DNA of 64,000 nucleotides from Escherichia coli (GTDB lineage Bacteria; Pseudomonadota; Gammaproteobacteria; Enterobacterales; Enterobacteriaceae): NCBI RefSeq assembly GCF_048403405.1, contig NZ_CP183129.1; one strand, 5' to 3'. Shown piece by piece: positions 55,887 to 64,000 of this stretch (position 1 is its first letter; each line of letters starts with the position of its first letter). The notes under the pieces were generated by a model. It saw only the letters and a program-made list of their open reading frames with translations, ran no database searches and was not told where the DNA came from. The position numbers and the translations under genes were made by a program.

Positions 55887-57414
55887 GAGAATGTTCCTCC
55901 GGATGTTGTTAAACCAGCCGGTGTGGTCATGAAAACAGCGCGCCACCTTCACCGGCATAACAACCGGGGAGAAACGTAAAAAATAATCGGGAATGTGGCT
56001 GTCCGGAGATAAACGGGGGGATTGCGATGGCAGAGCCGTAGCGGAATCCCGGGGGGGGGGGTGTTGCGAAAAGATGCTTCCGCACGCACGCGCGATAAAG
56101 AGGGGATAGTTTTCGTGAGGACAGGGAGAGAAGCAGGCGTTCTGATAATTGCAGAGTTGTTTTCGGAGGTGGTTACAGTGAGTCAGCCCGTTCCTGGCGA
56201 GCAGGAGACTGATATCACCGATGGGATAAGGTTGTCTGATTGGTATTATAAATATAAGAAGTCATCAGAGAGTAACGTAAAGGATTTGCCAGAATAACCT
56301 AAGAGAGTAAATCTCTCCGGTAACAGAGCGCTGTGAAGCATTCTGTATCAGAGTGCAGATACATGAACGCTGATGCGTAAAATCAGCAGTGACACGCCAG
56401 CTCCCCCTATGCCCATTCCTGTATAAGACATGAACTGAGTGTATTAATGCTTCTGCCCTGAGACTGAGCCGGTGAGTGAGGGGCTGAGAAATCCCTCTTG
56501 ACACAGCTCTAACCAGAAATACTTCCCCGGTTGTTGCGGTGCGTCCGGATCCCCGATAACGGAACACTAAGGCTGTATTGCGGGACACCGGGTAAGTAGC
56601 AGCCCGTAAGGCGTTCTGTCAACGCCAGAAAAAATGATTTCCCACACGCGTTATAGACTCACTCCTGTGGACCTGGAAGCCCGTAACTCTGCGGTTGCCC
56701 ACTGACTGACGGAACTGACCGCAAATTTTACGAGTGCGTGCTGGGCTTCAGTCTGGTCACCTGAGCGTTCGGTAACGGAGGCGCGGGCGGTAATAGGCTG
56801 ATTTTCAGGTATTACCGGCTTACAGCGTGTGGTTGATATTGAGGGGCTGTGAGTTTCGCGTATTTGTCAGAAACCCAGACGAGTTTTCCTGTATGGGACG
56901 AAATAAGGCAGCGGCAATACCTGGAAAAATTTAATATGGTATGAAGGAGAACCTGTCGGTTACGCTTAATATACCCGGTACACTGTCAGCTCAGGGGATA
57001 CATGAACCGTTATCTCACCAGCTACACAGTATATACACACTGACGCTGACAGTAGTCAGCAGGACCACAATAATCAGTGCCAGCAGTATGGTAACGATAC
57101 GGTCTGTATTCCGGTAATAGCCGAAGGGGTCGACAGAACCACAATACGGGCAACACACTGTATTATGAGTAATCGCGTTTCCACAGTCCCTGCACTTCTT
57201 TTTGCGTATCACCATCACTCCCTCCTCACAGCCTTACCCGTAACCGGTTTTTTACATTAAAAAAACAACGCTGAAAATTCAACCGTCAGTCCGGAGACGA
57301 CCGTTCGGGTTATCACAGAGTGCCTGAGACAGTGTCCTGCCGGAGGTCACTTCAGGGACTCTGCGCATTTTTTACGACGTGGCTATTCCGTATGAACCAT
57401 ACGGAGATTTAACC

Positions 57415-57984
57415 ATGACCTACAAATACAACCCCTTCTGGCAGCAACGTATTCGTGAGACGGTGCGGCACGCACTGAATGTTCATCCCCGCCTGACGGC
57501 ATTGCGGGTTGACCTGCGTTTCCCGGATGTACCGGCAGCAACGGACGCAGCTGTGATATCCCGCTTCATCAATGCCCTGAAAGCCCGAATCGACGCTTAC
57601 CAGAAACGTAAGCATCGGGAAGGTAAACGCGTGCATCCCACAACCCTGCATTACGTCTGGGCCCGGGAGTTTGGGGAGTGCAAAGGTAAAAAACACTATC
57701 ACCTGATGCTGCTGGTTAACCGGGATACCTGGTGTCGTGCCGGTGATTACCGTGCTCCGGGATCACTGGCCGGGATGATTAAACAGGCGTGGTGCAGTGC
57801 CCTGGGAGTGGATGTCGGGTGCCATGCCACGCTGGTGCATTTTCCGGCCTGGCCGGCGGTGTGGCTGGAACGCGATGATGACACTGGCTTTCAGCAGGTG
57901 CTGGAACGTGCTGACTATCTGGCGAAGGAACATACCAAAGCTCACTGCACCGGTGAGCGCAATTTTGGCTGTAGCCGGAGTTGA
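57415..57984 (+). CDS. YagK/YfjJ-family (inovirus Gp2-like) prophage protein
   Basis: Start at MTYKYNPFW with GGAGA RBS; family assigned from memory. Confidence 0.45.
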   Translation: MTYKYNPFWQQRIRETVRHALNVHPRLTALRVDLRFPDVPAATDAAVISRFINALKARIDAYQKRKHREGKRVHPTTLHYVWAREFGECKGKKHYHLMLLVNRDTWCRAGDYRAPGSLAGMIKQAWCSALGVDVGCHATLVHFPAWPAVWLERDDDTGFQQVLERADYLAKEHTKAHCTGERNFGCSRS

Positions 57985-58237
57985 GCACGACTGGCGCGCC
58001 AATACCCGGCAAACCAAAAGTATGGGTTGTTGTCTGGCGGCAACGATGTATCCACTCGCCCACTGACTGTTTTTTACGTCAGTGTTCCATTGTGTGACAA
58101 CCACAGTGCTGTAACAGCAACCAGCCTGCTTTACCCAAACTCCAGTCCAGATTTTAACTGAACCGCCATTCACACCCTGACCACGCTGCCCGTACCGGGA
58201 CGGCTGTTGCCTGCGTGTCGTCTGGCGGCTGAGGAAT

Positions 58238-58645
58238 ATGACTATGTACGCAAAATCCTTTATCGCTCTTGATGGCAACGGACGTCTGACGGGCGCCCGT
58301 ACTGCACAGGCCGCACCTTATGCTAACTACACCTGCCACTTGTGTGGCAGTGCACTCAGATACCATCCGCAATACGACACTGAACTTCCCTGGTTTGAAC
58401 ACACTGACGACAGGCTGACAGAGCACGGTCAACAGTGCCCTTATGTCAGGCCGGAGCGCAGAGAAATACAGTTGATTAAACGTCTGCAGCAATTCGTACC
58501 GGATGCCTTACCCGTGGTGCGTAAAGCCAGCTGGCACTGCAGACAATGTCACCACGATTATTATGGGGAGCGGTACTGCACACACTGCCAGACCGGAGGA
58601 TTCAGTATTCCCCGGACAACTCAGGAGGAAATATGCGAATTCTGA
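58238..58645 (+). CDS. Cys-rich zinc-ribbon protein, paralog 1
   Basis: 135 aa; CxxCG ... PWFEH ... CxxC pattern. Confidence 0.45.
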   Translation: MTMYAKSFIALDGNGRLTGARTAQAAPYANYTCHLCGSALRYHPQYDTELPWFEHTDDRLTEHGQQCPYVRPERREIQLIKRLQQFVPDALPVVRKASWHCRQCHHDYYGERYCTHCQTGGFSIPRTTQEEICEF

Positions 58646-59040
58646 ACTGTTATATGGCGAATGACAGCAAAGGCCATTTTGTTACGGCGAAAGAAGCAGC
58701 GAAGCACAACCGCCAGGACGTTTTGTGCTGTGTGTCCTGTGGATGCCCGTTAACATTTCAGCGGGGCAATGACGGACAACCACCGTGGTTTGAACATGAC
58801 CAGATGACTGTCGCTGAGAAAATCCTGCTGCGATGCACCTGGCTTGACCCGGCAGAGAAAGAGGCCCGTCGTTTGCATCTGCAGGGTATGACGGTTCCGG
58901 ATTATACGGTGAAGGTGAGAAAGTGGTTTTGTGTGATGTGTGACGAAAATTATGAGGGGGAAAAGTGCTGCCCGAGTTGTGGTACCGGGGTATACAGCAG
59001 GGAGGGGGGGCAGGAGGGCAACTGGAAGGATAGGAACTGA
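58633..59040 (+). CDS. Cys-rich zinc-ribbon protein, paralog 2
   Basis: Start MRILNCYMAND with AGGAGG RBS; same CxxCG ... PWFEH ... CxxC pattern as upstream gene. Confidence 0.45.
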   Translation: MRILNCYMANDSKGHFVTAKEAAKHNRQDVLCCVSCGCPLTFQRGNDGQPPWFEHDQMTVAEKILLRCTWLDPAEKEARRLHLQGMTVPDYTVKVRKWFCVMCDENYEGEKCCPSCGTGVYSREGGQEGNWKDRN

Positions 59041-59323
59041 GCGGTTCAGTCGCGGAAATCAGTTGCAGAGCTGTAATGATATCTCCGGGAGTGCTGCGTT
59101 GGTAGGGGCATCCCGGGATAGAGAAATTTTAGCACTTTGCCCTGAATGATTGTAGACGTCCCGAGTACTCGTACCGGTCTGAGTTATTACAGTTAGATAT
59201 TCACTTTTTCTCCCGCATACTTCACATCTGTCAACGACGGATGAAAAGTGGTTCTTCCGCAACCTGGGTGGAAGAAAATGGATGAAACTTTCTGGCGAAC
59301 AAGGATCTAAGCTGTTTTAAGTT

Positions 59324-60943
59324 ATGGGCAACGCAATGCACTCTCTTAAGACACTTCTACAGTTACCTTGCGGATGGCGATGCAGTCGACAAATTATTAG
59401 CTCTGACGGTATAACCCTCCATCTCCACGGAAAACGCAAAACAGCACAATGTCCTGAATGCTTTAAGCGTAGCGACTCTGTTCATAGTTGTCGTCGGCGC
59501 CGGATACAGCATCTACCCTGCTCAGGGCAGACGCTATGGCTTGTATTTTCCGTCCGCCACTGGTACTGCCGTAACCCGGCTTGTTCACGTAAAATTTTTG
59601 CCGAGTCGCTTGCTCCCTTCGCCAGTTCACACCAGCAGTCTTCACAGGCGTTACAAAATTAACAATGTCAACTGGGATTAATAGCTGGAGGTGAGGCTGG
59701 AAAACGGGCTGCAACGGCAGTGGGTCTCCGTTGCAGTGCTGATACTCTTCTTCGCAGGCTTATCAATACCCCGGAGACGAAACAGTCAGGCGCGCCTCAT
59801 GTCGGTATTGATGAGTGGGCGTGGCATCGGGGCCACTGCTGCGGTATGTTAATAGTCAATCCTGATACTCACCGTCCCCTCGTCCTGCTTCCCGGCCGTG
59901 ATCAGCGTACGCTGGCGACCTGGTTCAGAAAATATCCGGAAATACAGGTTGTCTCGCGTGATCGCAGTGGAGTCTATGCGACAGCAGCACGTGAAGGTGC
60001 ACCTCAGGCCAGACAGGTGGCCGATCGATGGCACCTGCTAAAAAATATTGGTGATGAGCCTGAACGAATGATGTACAGACATATGCCTCTGATACGTCTT
60101 GTTGTCAGAGAGTTATCACTGAAGAAATCACCTGAGCCAGAAATATCTGTGCCTGTAGCATCGCTCCGTCGTCTGGAACGCCTTAAACAGCACATCCGCA
60201 AAAAACGGCATCAGCGTTGGACAGAGGTTATGGCCCTGCATAACAAGGGATGTAGTTTCAGGGAAATATCCCGTATTACAGGCCTGTCGCGAGTGACAGT
60301 CAGTCGCTGGGTGGGTTCAGGAACATTCCCTGAAATGTCAACCAGGCCTCCAAAGCGAGGGCTTCTGGACCCATGGAGGGAGTGGTTAAAAGAGCAACGA
60401 GAATGTGGTAATTATAACTCCGGCCGGATATGGCGGGAAATGGTGGCCAGGGGGGTTACAGGCAGTGAAACCATCGTCAGGGATGCTGTTGCCAAATGGC
60501 ATAAAGGCTGGATCCCACCGGTTACTACTGCCGCAAGACTTCCTTCAGTGTCCCGGGTAAGCCGCTGGTTGATGCCCTGGAGAATAATCAGGGGTGAAGA
60601 AAATTATGCTTTCCGATTTATTAGTCTGATGTGTGAAAAAGAACCGGAGTTGAAAATAGCGCAGCAACTGGTACTCGAGTTCTACCGTATTCTGAAAACC
60701 TAAAATAAATCACAGCTAAGCAGCTGGTTCACTCGGGTCCACGAAAGCGGCTCAGCAGAACTTCGGTGCGTAGCTGCGGGGATGGAAGCTGATGCTGCGG
60801 CTATATGTGAGGCAATCAGCAGTCGCTGGAGTACTGGTGTTGTCGAAGGTCATGTAAATCGCCTGAAGGTGCTGATACGCCAGATGTATGGTCGAGCCGG
60901 ACTTGAACTACTTAGGCGGAGGGTAATGAGTCCACTGGCATGA
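59324..60943 (+). pseudogene. ISL3-family transposase, frameshifted into three ORF pieces
   Basis: N-terminal Zn-finger piece, central piece (GIDEWAWHRGH ... VVSRDRSGVYA ... DRWHLLKN), C-terminal piece (VVEGHVNRLKVLIRQMYGRAGLELLRRRVM) in different frames. Confidence 0.6.
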
Positions 60944-60989
60944 AAATCTTCACCTAGGTTGAGGAAGAGCCACTTTTGCACTGTTCGTG

Positions 60990-61315
60990 ACAGTATGGCC
61001 TTTATGTACTCACTTTGTTACCGGTAGCTGGATCATCACTACCGTGCCGCAAATGGTGGTGAACAGCATCAATTGTGGAATGAATGTTGCCGAAGCGACC
61101 AATGCGCCTCGTTTCCACCATCAGTGGTTGCCGGACGAGCTGCGTGTTGAAAAGGGTTTAGTCCGGATACGCTCAAGCTGCTGGAAGCAAAAGGTCAGAA
61201 AGTGGCGCTGAATGAGGCGATGGGCAGCACGCAAAGCATTATGGTTGGGTCGGATGGTGAGTTGTACGGCGCATCCGACTCGCGCTTGGTGGATGATTTA
61301 ACGGCGGGGTATTAA
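60990..61315 (+). pseudogene. ggt: gamma-glutamyltranspeptidase (ggt) 3' remnant, frameshifted
   Basis: Translations match GGT C-terminus (IITTV.QMVVNSI ... NAPRFHHQWLPDELRVEKG; SPDTLKLLEAKGQKVAL ... DDLTAGY*) in two frames; 5' part absent. Confidence 0.7.
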
Positions 61316-61354
61316 TTGACATCCCCCGGCGCAATGTGCCGGGGGATAATGGTT

Positions 61355-62389
61355 TTATGCGGTCAATAATCGTCCGGGATTATCGATACAGAGTTTTTTG
61401 AGGATCGTTTTATCGACGCCGCGCTCCGCCAGATAGGCCAGAAAAACATCTGGAACAAATCCCCAGCCATTACCGCCATTTTTAGCCCACATTTGTTTAA
61501 GGAAGACATCGTGGCTGAGAACAAGCTGATCGGCGTATCCCAACTCAATGAGATGAGCGACGGCATCGGCAGTCTCCTGCACCCCTGGCGCTATTCCCTC
61601 TTTCGGGAAGGTAATGTCTAGGCCAATCATGTCGAATTCCAGCCAGACACCTTTATCAAGCATTTTCCGCTGATACGCCACGTCTTTTCCTGACGGATCC
61701 GAGTGTGCGAGAGAGACTTTATTTGGCGAGACGCCCATTTCACCTAACACAATGTCGAGTACTTCATCACCGCGACGAAGCCAGCCCGGCATGTGAATAT
61801 TCATCGCCACATGAGGATTGTTAATCTGTGCCAGCGAGGCAGCCCGCAAGCTGTTATGCTCGGCTTCGGTAAATGTCGGTGAGACACCTATTTCACCGAT
61901 CATTCCGGCACGAATATCCGTATCGCCAATCCCTTGATTCAATTCTTTATCGATCGTTGTCGCTAGTTCATCAACCGTTTTATGAATTCTCTGGCTTTCA
62001 AATTTTTCCAGGTAGGGACCGGAGGAAGCAACAATATTCAGACCTGTTTTTAATGCGACTTCTCGTAATGCCTGCGCATCTCGTCCGATAGACTCAGACC
62101 CTGTGGCATCAACAATGGTGCGACCACCGAGCGAGATAAAGTTATTAATTTCGAAGATCACATCTTCAATAGGTTTGCGGTCCATATTATCAGCGCAGCA
62201 ATAAGGATCGTGTTTTAATGCCCACTGGATTTCTGCCGTGACTTTTTTATCAACAAGCCGTTGTGAAAAAGGATAGCAAGGAGCATCCACAACAGAGGAA
62301 AGATCGTTGAACAGATGTTCATGAGGAAGTGTTAGCCCCATATCTTCACGGGCGACGGGGCCCGTCACAGTTTGTAGATAATCTTTCAT
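61355..62389 (-). CDS. Phosphotriesterase-family (Php-like) metal-dependent hydrolase
   Basis: 344 aa; HxH metal-binding start (LPHEHL), TIM-barrel amidohydrolase pattern. Confidence 0.7.
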   Translation of the reverse strand: MKDYLQTVTGPVAREDMGLTLPHEHLFNDLSSVVDAPCYPFSQRLVDKKVTAEIQWALKHDPYCCADNMDRKPIEDVIFEINNFISLGGRTIVDATGSESIGRDAQALREVALKTGLNIVASSGPYLEKFESQRIHKTVDELATTIDKELNQGIGDTDIRAGMIGEIGVSPTFTEAEHNSLRAASLAQINNPHVAMNIHMPGWLRRGDEVLDIVLGEMGVSPNKVSLAHSDPSGKDVAYQRKMLDKGVWLEFDMIGLDITFPKEGIAPGVQETADAVAHLIELGYADQLVLSHDVFLKQMWAKNGGNGWGFVPDVFLAYLAERGVDKTILKKLCIDNPGRLLTA

Positions 62390-62391
62390 GA

Positions 62392-63357
62392 TTATACCTC
62401 CATTTTCTTCATTGTTTTCGAGGCTCTGTATTCCGGAATAGTGGTAACAATTGCACCGACCAGTGCAAACAGTGTTCCGATGATCGTGACCAGATAAACG
62501 GTATTGCCCAGCGATGGAATTAATACGTCAATCAATACTGATCCCAGTAACTGGCCCGCCGTTGAAGCAACCCCCAGCATCAGTAACCCAAGACCTCTGA
62601 CCAAAATGGCCATTAAACCGATAGACATTAGTCCAAGCGGGCCGCCAAGATACATCCACCAGACATCTGGTAATTGAACAGTGACGTGCCCTAATGCGAC
62701 ACGAATAGCTAGCGCTGTGCCTAAAACACAAAATCCAACGATGAAATTCCAGGTGATTGAAACCAGCATGGATCCCGTAGCTTCAGCTACTTTTGCATTT
62801 CCAGCGGGCTGCCATCCTGCAAGCAAACCAGCTAAGAACGGAAGAATGGCAAGTAAAATGAAAGAGGTAGAATGCCACTGCGGTGACACAACAAAAATCG
62901 TAGCAATAACCGCAAATAATGCACCGATGATGCGATAAGGGGTAAAGTATTTTTTCTCGTCGACACCGATACCAAAGCGATCGCAAAGTAAACCAGACAG
63001 CAATAGCGCGGAGATCAGTGCGGTCTGAAACGTTGCGACCCCGAGTGCGCTGGCTGATGCGCCTTCAGAAAATACCACCATCGCTCCACAGAGACCGGCA
63101 AACCAGTTCCAGAGAGGAACTTTTCGGTTTTTAATCAGAGAAGGAATTGCCGCAAATTGTTGCCGGGTTTCTTTTCGCGCCATAATAATAAAAAACATCA
63201 CGACTAAACCACTGGCAAAGGAGATAACTGCGCATGCATTACCGTCCTGTAACCAGTGACCTAATTGACCATTCACCGCTGATTGCATAGGGGAGAGCAT
63301 ACCCGCAAGAATCGTGGCAAGCATCCATAAGGGAGTTGAGTACTTATTCTTTTTCAT
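62392..63357 (-). CDS. DMT-superfamily (DUF606-like) membrane transporter
   Basis: 321-aa polytopic membrane ORF directly upstream of the php-like gene. Confidence 0.5.
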   Translation of the reverse strand: MKKNKYSTPLWMLATILAGMLSPMQSAVNGQLGHWLQDGNACAVISFASGLVVMFFIIMARKETRQQFAAIPSLIKNRKVPLWNWFAGLCGAMVVFSEGASASALGVATFQTALISALLLSGLLCDRFGIGVDEKKYFTPYRIIGALFAVIATIFVVSPQWHSTSFILLAILPFLAGLLAGWQPAGNAKVAEATGSMLVSITWNFIVGFCVLGTALAIRVALGHVTVQLPDVWWMYLGGPLGLMSIGLMAILVRGLGLLMLGVASTAGQLLGSVLIDVLIPSLGNTVYLVTIIGTLFALVGAIVTTIPEYRASKTMKKMEV

Positions 63358-63413
63358 ACATCAATCCTTCTATTATAGTAAATGGAGTAACTGGTGTTAC
63401 CCCATTATTATTA

Positions 63414-64000
63414 TTATCTTGCAATATGAGTCAGTATATTTACCCACAACGCGGTATAGAACGGCCAGGACATAAACTGCTGTGTACCCCAGTGCGGTGA
63501 ACAGTCACTCATAAAGCAGGCTATTTTCCCGTTGTGATAGTTACCAAAGACCAGTAATGGATCGTTGTTTATTGTTAATACCACCTCAGCATTTTCTTTA
63601 GCGATCGCCCGGTTATAACCTAGGAAAAAAGGATATTCAGAGAACCCTTTAATAACCGGATGGTCAGGTTGTGATGGCTGTGCAATAACACCCTCTGGTT
63701 TTTCGACACGATCGTCACCATCTAACATCGTAACCGGGAGCACATCAGCCAGAACTGTATTTTTATAATTGGCTTTTGCTTCAATTCCCATGAATGAGAG
63801 ATAGCCGCCAATCATCAATAACCCACCACCGTTATTCACATATTCTTTAATCAGTTCGAGAGCGTTTGGTTTTATGCGAAGCTGATAAAAAGTATCATTT
63901 TGTAGCAGGAAAGTATTACTACCAATATCACTAATAACGATGGCATCATATTGTTCTAACTGTGCCACATCTTCAGGGAAGGCAATTTGTACCGTATGTG
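63414..64000 (-). CDS. Hypothetical cytoplasmic protein, possibly ThuA/glutamine-amidotransferase-like (N-terminus outside window)
   Basis: ORF 63414..63968 remains open in frame to the window end. Confidence 0.35.
   Translation of the reverse strand, partial: HTVQIAFPEDVAQLEQYDAIVISDIGSNTFLLQNDTFYQLRIKPNALELIKEYVNNGGGLLMIGGYLSFMGIEAKANYKNTVLADVLPVTMLDGDDRVEKPEGVIAQPSQPDHPVIKGFSEYPFFLGYNRAIAKENAEVVLTINNDPLLVFGNYHNGKIACFMSDCSPHWGTQQFMSWPFYTALWVNILTHIAR

Noticed and set aside
56022-56588. Short ORFs on both strands (91 aa and 107 aa)
   Set aside because: Overlap the poly-G tract and each other; no motifs; treated as intergenic.
57015-57218. 67-aa minus-strand ORF with CxxC pairs and a C-terminal hydrophobic helix
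   Set aside because: Plausible small zinc-ribbon membrane protein but no RBS or conservation evidence available; left unannotated.

Overview
Escherichia coli-type chromosomal segment, read from sequence motifs and recalled protein families (no database search run). Order: colanic-acid cluster 3' end (wcaJ partial, wzxC, wcaK, wcaL, wcaM), gne, galF, a low-GC O-antigen cluster (JUMPstart/ops, GT2, orphan 588-aa protein, GT2, split wzy, GT4, wzx, IS1-truncated terminal gene), gnd, ugd, wzzB, the complete his operon on the minus strand with hisL and attenuator, then yeeZ, yeeY, plaP, yeeE, yeeD, sbcB, dacD, sbmC, yeeA, yeeX. From about 38.9 kb a CP4-44/CP4-57-type prophage remnant follows (yoeF-like fragment, yeeW, frameshifted cbtA with intact cbeA, yeeT, yeeS, antirestriction gene, DUF932 gene, YeeP-like GTPase, AlpA-like regulator). 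The most interesting feature is cargo between the YeeP-like GTPase and the DUF932 gene: a translationally coupled operon of a 798-aa dynamin-like GTPase, a 301-aa unknown protein and a patatin-like phospholipase, followed by two small secreted proteins, and preceded by a sigma70-like promoter with three GATC sites resembling the agn43 Dam/OxyR phase-variation switch. The window ends with IS150, an ORF-poor segment, an ISL3 transposase pseudogene, a ggt remnant and a php-like/transporter operon. Manually counted coordinates (IS ends, motifs, terminators) may be off by 1-2 bp.
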